NCBI GenBank assembly: GCA_965207735.1
Contig: OZ242296.1
Location: 4,320,001 to 4,384,000 of the forward strand
Reading direction: 5' to 3'
DNA: 64,000 bases
DNA from: Candidatus Versatilivorator sp.
GTDB lineage: Bacteria > Acidobacteriota > Terriglobia > Versatilivoradales > Versatilivoraceae
The position numbers and the translations under genes are program-made. Shown here piece by piece: positions 10,260-19,682 of this stretch; within the stretch, counting starts at the first letter, position 1, and each line of letters starts with the position of its first letter. The notes under the pieces were generated by a model that was given only the letters and a program-made list of their open reading frames with translations, did no database searches and was not told where the DNA came from.

Positions 10260-11957
10260 CCCGCATTTCTCACCAGAGGTAGGAAGCATCGGTTCTCGGA
10301 ATCTGGTAAAATACTCTTGTCTAAGGAGTTAACCAGATTCTTAAAGGAGAACCGATGCCGACACAGTGTAACACCAAACCCCTGGAGTTTGAACCCCACG
10401 GCCGCCGCCGCGTGGTGGCTGATTTCGACGGCGGTCCCATCACTTCCGATGCCGGCTCCCTGCTGTTGCGCCGGGTGGATCGGGGCTTATCTCTCTCCGA
10501 CCAGGTGGCCGACTGTTTCACCGATCACCGCGACCCCAAGCGGACCCAATACAGCCTGCGCACCCTCATCGCTCAGCGCATCCGTGGCATCGCCCTCGGC
10601 TACGAGGATCTCATCGACCACGACCAACTCCGTCACGATCCCCTCATGGCCTTGTTTTCAGAGAAAGGCCGTCGTGGCGACTCGCCTCCCCTGGCAGGCA
10701 AGAGCACCCTCAACCGACTCGAACACGCCCCCACCCAAGGCCCCACCCGCTACCACAAGATTGACCACGACCCCGAGGCCTTGCAAGCCCTCCTGGTGAA
10801 ACTGTTTCTGCAAGCCCATCCCCAACCCCCCGATGAGATCATCCTCGACCTCGACGCCACTGACGATCCCCTCCACGGGGAACAAGAGGACCGCTTCTTC
10901 CACGGCTACTACCGAGGCTACTGCTACCTGCCCCTCTACATCTTCTCGGGCCGCCATCTGCTCTCGGCCCTGCTCAGACCCGCCAACATCGATGCCTCCG
11001 CCGGCGCTCTGGAGCAGGTCCAGCGCATCGTCTCCCGCCTACGGCGTGTCTGGCCTCAGGTCAAGATCCTGCTGCGGGCCGACTCCGGCTTTGCCCGTGA
11101 GGAGCTGATGGGGTGGTGTGAGCAGCATCAGGTCGACTATCTCTTCGGCCTGGCCCGCAACTCCCGCCTCCAAGACGCCATCGCCCCCGAGTTGGCTCAG
11201 GCCCAGGCCCTCTCAGACCAGCAACAGCAGCCCGCCCGGATCTTCACCGACCTCTCCTACCGCACTCACAAGAGCTGGTCCCACGAGCGCCGCCTGGTCG
11301 CCAAAGCCGAGGTCCTGCCCCGCGGCCCCAACCCCCGCTTCGTCGTCACCTCTCTGTCGGTCCAGGACTACCCCGCCCAGTTCCTCTATGAGAAGATCTA
11401 CTGTGCCCGCGGTGAGATGGAAAACCGCATCAAGGAGCAGCAACTCGACCTGTTTGCCGATCGCACCTCCACCCACTCCTTCCGGGCGAATCAGCTCCGG
11501 CTCCTGATGACCTCTTTCGCCTATGTGCTGGTGGAGGGCTTGCGCCGGCGGGCGCTGCAATCCACCTGCCTGGCCCGGGCCACCGTCGGTTCCATCAGAC
11601 TCAAACTGCTCAAGATCGGCGCTCAGGTCACCATCTCGGTCCGTCGCATCAAGGTCGCCATGGCTTCCGGATGTCCTTACCAGAGGGAGTTCCGCATCGC
11701 TTGGGCTCACCTGCCGCCCTGAGGTGCCCTGACCCGACCGTCACTCCTGGCCCTTGAAGACGCGGCCACCAGGCCCGATGGCAGAGGTGTCGCTGTTTTC
11801 GAGGGAAAATGCCGCCTGAGGTTCCTCGGAGAGCCTCAGAAGCCTCCGCTGTTGGCCTTTGCCTACCGATCCAGCCACCAACGTTGTTAAACTCGGCCTC
11901 AAATGCCTCCATGGCCCCTTTTACCGCTCCTGTGCGAACTCTGGTGAGAAATGCGGG
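10260..11957 (+). mobile_element. IS1380-family insertion sequence, copy 1 (1698 bp)
   Basis: 19-bp terminal IRs cccgcatttctcaccagag / ctctggtgagaaatgcggg; 4-bp TSD TTAG at 10256-10259 and 11958-11961. Confidence 0.95.
10355..11722 (+). CDS. IS1380-family DDE transposase
   Basis: 'FDGGPITSDAG', 'LDLDATDDPLHG.QE', 'RADSGF', 'Y.ARGEMENRIKEQQ'. Confidence 0.95.
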   Translation: MPTQCNTKPLEFEPHGRRRVVADFDGGPITSDAGSLLLRRVDRGLSLSDQVADCFTDHRDPKRTQYSLRTLIAQRIRGIALGYEDLIDHDQLRHDPLMALFSEKGRRGDSPPLAGKSTLNRLEHAPTQGPTRYHKIDHDPEALQALLVKLFLQAHPQPPDEIILDLDATDDPLHGEQEDRFFHGYYRGYCYLPLYIFSGRHLLSALLRPANIDASAGALEQVQRIVSRLRRVWPQVKILLRADSGFAREELMGWCEQHQVDYLFGLARNSRLQDAIAPELAQAQALSDQQQQPARIFTDLSYRTHKSWSHERRLVAKAEVLPRGPNPRFVVTSLSVQDYPAQFLYEKIYCARGEMENRIKEQQLDLFADRTSTHSFRANQLRLLMTSFAYVLVEGLRRRALQSTCLARATVGSIRLKLLKIGAQVTISVRRIKVAMASGCPYQREFRIAWAHLPP

Positions 11958-12371
11958 TTAGTCGTCCGATCCAGATGTCCGACGGGGCGACGAAGTAATT
12001 GACCATAAGTGGGTCCGCCGGGGAATTTTCAATTATGCCTCTGTACGACCGCCGTCCGTTGACAAAGAGCTCAACACGGAAGGTCTCCGTCACCGAAGCA
12101 GAGCCGGCGTTGGTCACAGCAAAGTCAACGAAGAGATCATCGGTGTCCCTCAATTGAGAGCTGTCGCTGTGGGTATCCTTTACATTGGAGACCACGATCT
12201 CATCCGACCAGTCTCGTGGCTGGTAGGGTTTGAGGTTGGGCCGGCTGCCTTGGGCGGCATGGAAGTCCGGGGAAAGGATCAGGACGGAAACCGCAACGGC
12301 GATTCGGAACCCAAATCCGAGCACCCTCCTGTCCCCCCGTCTTGCCGCAATTGGTCGATCGATCATGTGGT

Positions 12372-12860
12372 GGAACTGGTGCGGGTGGTGGAGTGACTGC
12401 CCTACAGCCGGGGCGGGCGGGGACAGCCGCTGAAGGATCGCGCCGCGCTGGCGCGGGCCTTTCCGGCGAAGGCGGTGCTGGATGTGCCCACCACCCGGGG
12501 GCTGGTGGAACGGCTGAGGACGGAATCTACCCTGCGCCGGCTGTGCGGCTGGGAGGCGGCGGGTGGGGTGCCGAGCGAGGCGACCTTCTCGCGCGCCTGA
12601 CAAGGTGTGGTGCCACCTGATGTTCGGCATTCTCGCGCTGACGGTGGAGCAGTTGATGCGCCTGACGCTATTAGCAGGTCGCGTTGGATCCCGGACAATG
12701 CAGCGTGAGCACCCGCCCGCAGGGCAGGGATAGGGCAAGCCGTGCCTGAGTCCGGCGACCGCCTGCGATCCGGCATTCAGATCCGGACATTTCCGTTCAA
12801 AAATGTCTTTGCTGTCGGGTAATCACGGGCGGAACATTACCTTAGCCGGCAAAATGTCAT
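12372..12860 (+). mobile_element. Internally deleted relic of the IS family seen intact at 40639-42125
   Basis: ~12372-12597 resembles ~40895-41120, then jumps to ~12598-12672 resembling ~41838-41912 plus 3' flank; contains stops. Confidence 0.8.
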
Positions 12861-12879
12861 GCTCCACTACGAATCTTGC

Positions 12880-13200
12880 AATAGGCTCAAGCTTGTTGTT
12901 AATGCCAGCGGTCATCCCCAGCGTGTACGGCCCGATTCGGTGAACGTACTGAAGCCGGTTGCCGGGGTTGGTGCGCAGCAGGCTGCACAGCGTCATCAGC
13001 CGCGCCATAAACCCCATATCGGGATCCTCTTCGCTGGCCTCGACCAACTGGTCCAACTGGTCGACGCGGGTGAAGTGGTAAGTCGCCTGGGGTGAGGCCT
13101 CCTGGAGATCCTTCTCCGGACCGACTTGTCCGGAGTAAACGTCCCCGATCGGAAACCATCCGTCATTAGTCTTGCTTCCGAGTCATAGCTTCCATTCCTA
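12880..13200 (-). pseudogene. Plasmid replication initiator (RepA_C / IncW-like RepA) N-terminal fragment
   Basis: Translated fragments 'YHFTRVDQLDQLVEASEEDPDMGFMARLMTLCSLLRTNPGNRLQY...GPYTL' resemble plasmid RepA N-termini (from recall); frameshifted and truncated by the IS relic. Confidence 0.6.
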
Positions 13201-13426
13201 ACGGGCCGTGACCCGGCCGGAAATAGCCTCGCGCAACCCTTCCAGCAGGCCTTCGAGCTTGGCCTGACCATGCTCCAGCCGAGCTACGCGGTCCCCCAGT
13301 TGATTAAGGTACGGTGCGGTTGTACCACTGGAACCTCGTTTGCGGCCATCGCGTGAGCGATGTCCCAGTCGATGACCGGAGGACAACCTGCTGCAAACCG
13401 TCTCATCACGCCCGCGTGTCGATGGC

Positions 13427-13555
13427 GCACAGTGTAACACCAACCCGTTGGAGTCTGAAGACTTCGACAGGCGCCGCGTGGCGGCTGTTTTTGGCGGCGA
13501 CCCCATGGCTTCCGATGCCGGCGCCCCGCGGTTGCGCCAGGTCGAACGGGATCAG
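13427..13555 (+). pseudogene. Degenerate 5' fragment of an IS1380-type transposase
   Basis: 'cacagtgtaacaccaacccgttggagtctgaa...cgccgcgtggcggctg...ttccgatgccggc' aligns to ~10361-10460. Confidence 0.75.
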
Positions 13556-13715
13556 ACGCCTGGAGAGGAGCGGCTACTGCCGACAGAGCCTTTCTCGGGA
13601 GCCCAACAAACACTCCGAAAGCACCACGGCACACCTGGTTCTCCAGTGCGGATGGCCACCGGTGGTACACTTGCACTCAAGAATGGTGTTGGCGTCGCCG
13701 CAGAATCGAGGACTC

Positions 13716-16700
13716 ATGAACAATCATGCTCTCCTGACCGATGGAGGAATGACGGGACCTAAAGCGATGTGCTTCCCTCCGGGAACGATCACTTGGTTTC
13801 ACAGGATTTCTCTCAGTCTTGTCAGGATCGCAGCCTTTTTTCTTGTTCCACTGGCCAGTGCGGCTGCGCAAGGGGTTTGCGATCGAACGCCGCAGGTTCG
13901 GGACCGTTTGGTCCATGCCACCGGGGTATCGAGCTGCGCAGAAGTGACCACGATGCACTTGGCCGATGTGAAGACATTATCTCTTTGGGCATCTGGCGCC
14001 ACCATGCTGCAAGACGGGGACTTTGATGGGTTAATTTCCCTGGAAGAGCTGAGCCTGCGTGGAAATGGGCTAAGTACATTACCCAAGGACATCTTTCGCG
14101 GCCTCAGCTCTCTGCAACTCCTTATTCTAGGTCAAAACATCCTGAGCTCATTGCCGGCAGAAGTGTTCCGCGGACTAGACTCGTTGCAAGAACTCTACAT
14201 GGCCGTCAATCAGCTCAGCAGCCTGCCCGAGGAGATATTCGACGGACTCAATTCTCTGGAAAAGCTCCACTTGGACAGGAACAAACTCAATACATTGCCC
14301 GAGAACATCTTTAACGGCCTCAACTCCCTTCAAATACTCAACATATACCAAAACCATCTGAGCTCATTGCCTGAAAAAGTCTTTCGGGGGCTCGGCTCTC
14401 TGGAACACGCAAATTTAAGCTACAACACCCTGAGCTCATTGCCGGAGGACGTGTTCCGCGGACTGGGCTCGCTGCAAGGGATCTACTTGTCCGGAAATCA
14501 GCTCGGCAGTCTGCCCGAGGAGATATTCAGCGGGCTGAGCAACCTCATATCTCTGCAACTGGGTCACAATCGCCTGGCTACCTTGTCCGCAGGCATCTTT
14601 GACGGACTAGGTTCCCTGCAGCATCTCGCCTTGTACCAAAATCAACTGATCACCTTACCAGACGGAACCTTTAGAGGGCTGAGTTCACTTGAAGAGCTGT
14701 ACCTCAATGAGAATCGGCTGACCCACTTGCCCGACGGGGTCTTTCCCGGATTGGCCAAGCTTGTAGTGCTTTGGTTGTCTGAGAACAACCTGACCACCTT
14801 ACCCAGGGGTATCTTCAACGACCTGAACAGTCTGGCCACTCTGGTTCTGGGAGACGGCGAATGGCCTCCCGGGATGCTCGACGAGGTGCTCGACACCTTG
14901 GGGGGGCCTTACACTTCATTTGGGGGGTCATCACCTCGCGAAGGAAGATTGGACCTGGGCTTCACGTTTTGGCTCGCCTTTGCTTCGCCATGGCAGACAG
15001 CCTCCCAAGGGGACACCGTCAAGGCAGAGGTCACCCTGAGCCGGGCCTTGCCGATGGCCGTCCACGTCCCCTATACAATAAGCGGCAGCGTCACGTCTGA
15101 CGACTACACGGATCTTTCACCTTCCCCTTCCGACGGACTGCTGTTTTTGGCCGGAGAAACAAGCAAGGAAATCACCGTGACCTTCGTGGAGAGCGGTGCC
15201 GCACAGGATAAGGACATGACTCTGAACTTGGGCGGCCGTTCCCCAATCGGGTTTCGACGATCCGACGGCACGGGCCCCGATGCCCCTCACCTGAATGCCG
15301 GCAGCTTTCTCGGAATTTCCTCCGACAGTTCCCATTTCATAAATGTCACTTCTCCCGTCCTGGACACTGACATCTGCGATCGCACGCCCCAGGTTCGAGA
15401 CAAGCTGATAGAACTCACCGGGGCATCGATGTGCGAGCAAGTCACCAGGAGATCCATGGCCAACAACCGCATTTGGCGTTTGGAGTTGGGATCGTCAGGC
15501 ATTACGACGCTACGGGAGGGTGACTTTGACTGGCTGAGTAATCTACTACAACTGCAACTGCACTCCAACCACTTGACCACCTTGCCCGAGGGAGTCTTTC
15601 GCGGGCTGGAGAATGTTACCCGCATTGAGTTGCAGCACAACGACCTGACCAACCTGCCCGCTGGAGTCTTTGATGGGCTGAGCTCCCTGCAGATTCTCTA
15701 CCTTTACTCCAATCAGTTAAGCACCTTACCTACAGGCATCTTTCGCGAACTCAGTTCGCTGCCAAGTCTGTCACTCGGCGACAATCAACTGACTACCTTG
15801 CCCTTACGCGTCTTTGACGGATTGAGCTCCCTGCAAAGCCTGACCCTCAGTGACAATCAACTGACAACTCTTCCCGCAGGAATCTTTGACGGACTGAGTT
15901 CCCTGCAATCTCTCAGCCTGCACTCCAATCAACTGGCCACTCTGCCCGAGTCAGCTTTCAGCACACTGAGCAACCTGACATTGTTGACCTTAAGCAACAA
16001 TGCTATGACCAACCTGCCCGAGGGCATCTTTCGCGGACACCCTTCCCTGCAGTGGCTGTACCTGAACGACAATCAACTGACCACATTGACCGAGAATACC
16101 TTCAATGGACTGAGTTCTCTGCGCACTCTCCACTTGCACTCCAATCAGCTGGCCGCTTTGCCCGAAGAGATTTTCCGCAACCTCGCTTCCCTGCGAAATC
16201 TCAGTTTGAATTCCAATAAGCTGAGCACCTTGCCCGCGGGAATCCTTCACGGGCTCGGTTCCCTGACATGGCTGTACCTATCTGACAATCAGTTCAGCAC
16301 CTTGCCAGAGGAGGTCTTCGGCGGGCTGAGTGACCTCCAACTCATTACATTGGGTCACAACTCTCTAACTGCTTTACCCGCAAATGTCTTCGGCGGGCTG
16401 GACGAACTGGCCTATCTGGGATTGGAGGCCAACTACCTCCTGAGCGAATTGCCCCCGGGAGTTTTCGACGACGTGCTCGATACCTTGGGTGGTCCTTATG
16501 CTTCTCCTCGATACGCGCAAACCTTGCAGGGGGAACTCACTCTAGCCACCGGGTTGAAGGCCTCGCTCCATTTCGCTTCGACCGCACAGCAAGCCTCCGA
16601 AGGAAACACCGTCAGAGTCGCGGCGGTCTTGAGCCGCCCCTTGCCAGTGGCCGTGCGCGTCCCCTATTCCGCGGGCGGCAGCGCCACGGCTGGCGATTAC

Positions 16701-18449
16701 AATGACCTGACGCCCTCCCCATCCGAGGGACTGCTGTTTCTGTCCGGCGAGACGCGCAAGGAAATCGTCTTTTCACTATTGGAGAACAAATCCAGCCAAG
16801 GCAAGACTGTTACGCTGACTTTAGGTGAACTATCTGAAATCGGCCTGCGCCGGTCCGACGGCGCCGGTCCCGACGCTCCCTATCTCAAGACTGAAACCTT
16901 CGCCGACCGTCCCTTCGAGGAGGCCACCCACACGGTGACCATCACCGGCTCCGGTTCGGGAGGGACAGATCCTGACGCGGCGGAGGACTTTTTTGTTCCC
17001 GTCCTTCTGACGGCCGCCGGACGCAACAACTCCTTTTTTACTTCAGAGCTGACCCTGACCAACCGGGGACCCGAACCGGCCATCCTCAACTACACCTACA
17101 CGACCCATCCTGGAGATAAGAGCTTCGCCGCCACCGACATGCTCGGCCCCCTGCAGCAGAAGATCAAACCCAACGCCATCGACTATCTGAGGGGGCTGGA
17201 AGTTCCCATTCCCGAAAGAGGCAGTCAGGTTGGGACTTTGAAAGTGGATGTGACCGGTTCATCCGAAGTGGCCGTTGTGGTGCGGACCACCACGGCCGTG
17301 CCAGAAGGGCGGGCCGGACTGGCCTATCTGGGGATACCGGGTCATGAGGGATTCCAGGACGAAGCGGTCTATCTGTGCGGGCTGCGGCAGAACCAGCAGG
17401 ACCGTTCCAACGTGGCCCTCCAGAACATGGGGGGCGAGGGTGAGATCACCTTGAGGACCACGGTGTTTTCCGGGAATGCGGCCGATAGGATTGGCCGGAT
17501 GCTGGAGGACCAGAGGCTGGGACCGGGAGAGTTCCACCAGTTCAATGCAGTAATGGCTGATAAGGGCGATCCCATGTTTGGTGGCTACGTGAGGGTGGAA
17601 CGGGTGAAGGGGAAGGCGCCATTCTACGCCTACGGGGTCATCAACGACCAGGCCAACTCGGACGGCTCGTTCATCTTTCCGGTCAGTGAGAGTTCACTGG
17701 CGGGAGCCATGGGACAGACCCTGCCGGTAGTGATAGAGGTGGGGCCCTTCACCAGCGAGTTGACGGTGACCAACTTCTCGGACGAACCGAAGGGCGTGAG
17801 TTTCAGCCTGGTGGCCGATGCTATCGAGGCGGAGGATGACACGGTCACCTTTAGCCTGCCGCTTCTTCCCGGTCAGCAGTACATCATTCCCAATGCGATA
17901 GACACGGTGCGCCAACAGCTCGGCATCAACCTGCCGAGCGGCCTGGCCGTGCCCTTGTTCGCCACAGCCGAAAATGGAGACATGAGCGGGATCGTGATTG
18001 GAGCCCGGACGGGGTCACTGGCAGATCCGGGAGACGTGGGCAGGGGTCAATACAGCGTCTTCTACACAGCGGTGCCCCAGGGAGCAGCTTTCGCCGAACG
18101 CGCCTGGGTGGACGGGTTGCAGCAGAATGAAGAGAACCGGAGCAACCTGGCCCTGGTCAACACCGGAGAGGTCGATGACAGCGAAAGCGTCTTCAAACTG
18201 GAGATTTACGACGGGGAAACGGCCATGCTGGTCAATATCGTCAGCAACGACGACACCACGGTTGGGGCCAAGCGTTGGCATCAGATCAACGGCATCCTGC
18301 GCAAGTACGGTAAGGGGGCCAAACAAGGGTATGTGCGGATCACAAAGGAGTCCGGCAACAATCCCTTCCTGGCCTACGGGGTGGTCAACGACGGCGGAAT
18401 TCCCAGGCAGCGGAGCGACGACGGGGCCTATATCCCGGCCAGGGAGTAG
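13716..18449 (+). CDS. Large secreted leucine-rich-repeat protein: two (Cys N-cap, 24-aa LRR block, Calx-beta-like) modules plus conserved C-terminal module
   Basis: ~12-13 and ~14 repeats of LxxLxxLxLxxNxLxxLPxxxFxG; 'CDRTPQVRD' caps; signal-peptide-like segment. Start uncertain: the ORF is open from 13314, but that part overlaps IS/plasmid relics. Confidence 0.9.
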   Translation: MNNHALLTDGGMTGPKAMCFPPGTITWFHRISLSLVRIAAFFLVPLASAAAQGVCDRTPQVRDRLVHATGVSSCAEVTTMHLADVKTLSLWASGATMLQDGDFDGLISLEELSLRGNGLSTLPKDIFRGLSSLQLLILGQNILSSLPAEVFRGLDSLQELYMAVNQLSSLPEEIFDGLNSLEKLHLDRNKLNTLPENIFNGLNSLQILNIYQNHLSSLPEKVFRGLGSLEHANLSYNTLSSLPEDVFRGLGSLQGIYLSGNQLGSLPEEIFSGLSNLISLQLGHNRLATLSAGIFDGLGSLQHLALYQNQLITLPDGTFRGLSSLEELYLNENRLTHLPDGVFPGLAKLVVLWLSENNLTTLPRGIFNDLNSLATLVLGDGEWPPGMLDEVLDTLGGPYTSFGGSSPREGRLDLGFTFWLAFASPWQTASQGDTVKAEVTLSRALPMAVHVPYTISGSVTSDDYTDLSPSPSDGLLFLAGETSKEITVTFVESGAAQDKDMTLNLGGRSPIGFRRSDGTGPDAPHLNAGSFLGISSDSSHFINVTSPVLDTDICDRTPQVRDKLIELTGASMCEQVTRRSMANNRIWRLELGSSGITTLREGDFDWLSNLLQLQLHSNHLTTLPEGVFRGLENVTRIELQHNDLTNLPAGVFDGLSSLQILYLYSNQLSTLPTGIFRELSSLPSLSLGDNQLTTLPLRVFDGLSSLQSLTLSDNQLTTLPAGIFDGLSSLQSLSLHSNQLATLPESAFSTLSNLTLLTLSNNAMTNLPEGIFRGHPSLQWLYLNDNQLTTLTENTFNGLSSLRTLHLHSNQLAALPEEIFRNLASLRNLSLNSNKLSTLPAGILHGLGSLTWLYLSDNQFSTLPEEVFGGLSDLQLITLGHNSLTALPANVFGGLDELAYLGLEANYLLSELPPGVFDDVLDTLGGPYASPRYAQTLQGELTLATGLKASLHFASTAQQASEGNTVRVAAVLSRPLPVAVRVPYSAGGSATAGDYNDLTPSPSEGLLFLSGETRKEIVFSLLENKSSQGKTVTLTLGELSEIGLRRSDGAGPDAPYLKTETFADRPFEEATHTVTITGSGSGGTDPDAAEDFFVPVLLTAAGRNNSFFTSELTLTNRGPEPAILNYTYTTHPGDKSFAATDMLGPLQQKIKPNAIDYLRGLEVPIPERGSQVGTLKVDVTGSSEVAVVVRTTTAVPEGRAGLAYLGIPGHEGFQDEAVYLCGLRQNQQDRSNVALQNMGGEGEITLRTTVFSGNAADRIGRMLEDQRLGPGEFHQFNAVMADKGDPMFGGYVRVERVKGKAPFYAYGVINDQANSDGSFIFPVSESSLAGAMGQTLPVVIEVGPFTSELTVTNFSDEPKGVSFSLVADAIEAEDDTVTFSLPLLPGQQYIIPNAIDTVRQQLGINLPSGLAVPLFATAENGDMSGIVIGARTGSLADPGDVGRGQYSVFYTAVPQGAAFAERAWVDGLQQNEENRSNLALVNTGEVDDSESVFKLEIYDGETAMLVNIVSNDDTTVGAKRWHQINGILRKYGKGAKQGYVRITKESGNNPFLAYGVVNDGGIPRQRSDDGAYIPARE

Positions 18450-18826
18450 ACGGAAACAGCCGAAAGAAGGCACCCAGGACGAAGTTGTGATTGCCATACA
18501 AGATCACTCTTAACTGCTCTGCATTCATATGAAAAATTCCTTATCAATTCGATCTCTCTGAGCTGCGGCAAGGTCATTACCTCGATGAAATTCGTCAGCA
18601 GCTTGCGTCATCTATTATGGTTCCGGTACCCGGTCATATGACGCCGGACCAGATGGTTTCGGCCAACATGCGGGCGAACCATCAGCCAATCACAGCGTCG
18701 GCGGTACGGTCAAAGGAGATCCTCCACCACTGGATTGCGAGAACGCAAGTGATTGCCCTCGAGAGGAAGAGAGGAAGCATTCCGAGGGATAGACGAAGCC
18801 GGAACAGAATCCTGATTGAGGTTGGG

Positions 18827-19636
18827 ATGATGATCAAGAAGCTGGTGCTGTGTCTTTGGTTAGGACCGGGGCTTATCTGCGGACCGGGGGAGATGTATGG
18901 GCAGGGGGGATCTCAGCGCTCACGCTATCTGGGGTTTCATAACGTTCCCTTCGGACTGTCTCGGGCTGTGGAGATTATGGGAGATCGTTTATTGGGTCCG
19001 GGCAAGGAACGGATCGAGTGGATAGGCACATTGAACCCTAAGGATTCCGGTGAGGTTGCGGTGAGGATCATTTGGGAGTTTCCGAGGAAGGTCAGAATAG
19101 AAAAGCAGCTCGGCCCCGAAGCCGGACGCAATGTGGATGTCACCGTCTACGACGGGGAGAACCTGCGCAAGTCTCATGGGTTGGTCAAGCCGGAGGACGA
19201 GGACTTGGTCGAGATGTTGACCCATGATTCGGTCGAAGGTTTTTTCGTCGGTCAGATAGAGGGATTTTCGGTTCGGTTTTTGGGAGGTGGATTTCGGGAA
19301 CAGGACGAGTCGGGAAACCCGGTCGGCCCGTCTTACGACATCTACTCGGTAACCGATTGGCTGAACGTGTCGGGGAAGTACTTGCCCCAGGGGAAGTTCT
19401 ACTACTTCGACTCGCTGGAAGCAGTGTTGAGGGAGGTCCAGTACACTTGGGATCCGAAGCGCGGGAGACCGCCCAGACGAGTGAAAATTGAACTGGGCGA
19501 ATGGAAGCAGGTCGGGGATCAGTTGATACTGGGCCGGCTGGAGAGATACGAGGATGGCGTCGAGGTGCTCTCGCTGTCATTCACGGAGGCTACGGTCGGA
19601 CGCGGATTGGAAGACGGGATTTTTTCAAGACCCTGA
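18827..19636 (+). CDS. Hypothetical exported protein
   Basis: ORF between the two LRR genes on the same strand; N-terminal signal-like 'MMIKKLVLCLWLG'. Confidence 0.6.
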   Translation: MMIKKLVLCLWLGPGLICGPGEMYGQGGSQRSRYLGFHNVPFGLSRAVEIMGDRLLGPGKERIEWIGTLNPKDSGEVAVRIIWEFPRKVRIEKQLGPEAGRNVDVTVYDGENLRKSHGLVKPEDEDLVEMLTHDSVEGFFVGQIEGFSVRFLGGGFREQDESGNPVGPSYDIYSVTDWLNVSGKYLPQGKFYYFDSLEAVLREVQYTWDPKRGRPPRRVKIELGEWKQVGDQLILGRLERYEDGVEVLSLSFTEATVGRGLEDGIFSRP

Positions 19637-19682
19637 GGCCGGAGACTCCAGGTATAACGGCTAGTAGAACAGGAACGTGAGC

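Larger units (their letters stand above)
7470..12366 (-). pseudogene. Secreted S8 subtilase (CARDB-like, I9-like propeptide, S8, InlB-B-like repeat, FN3, C-terminal module) disrupted by IS1380
   Basis: Catalytic D (ILDTG), H (HGTHVAG), S (GTSGAAPHVAG). 5' part at 11958-12366 has a signal peptide. Removing the IS plus one TTAG restores the frame ...IGR-L-SPGTHTLKIVVDP. Confidence 0.88.

Noticed and set aside
13314-13715. N-terminal extension of the 1711-aa LRR ORF
   Set aside because: Overlaps IS1380 and plasmid relics; the signal-like segment and RBS point to a start near 13716
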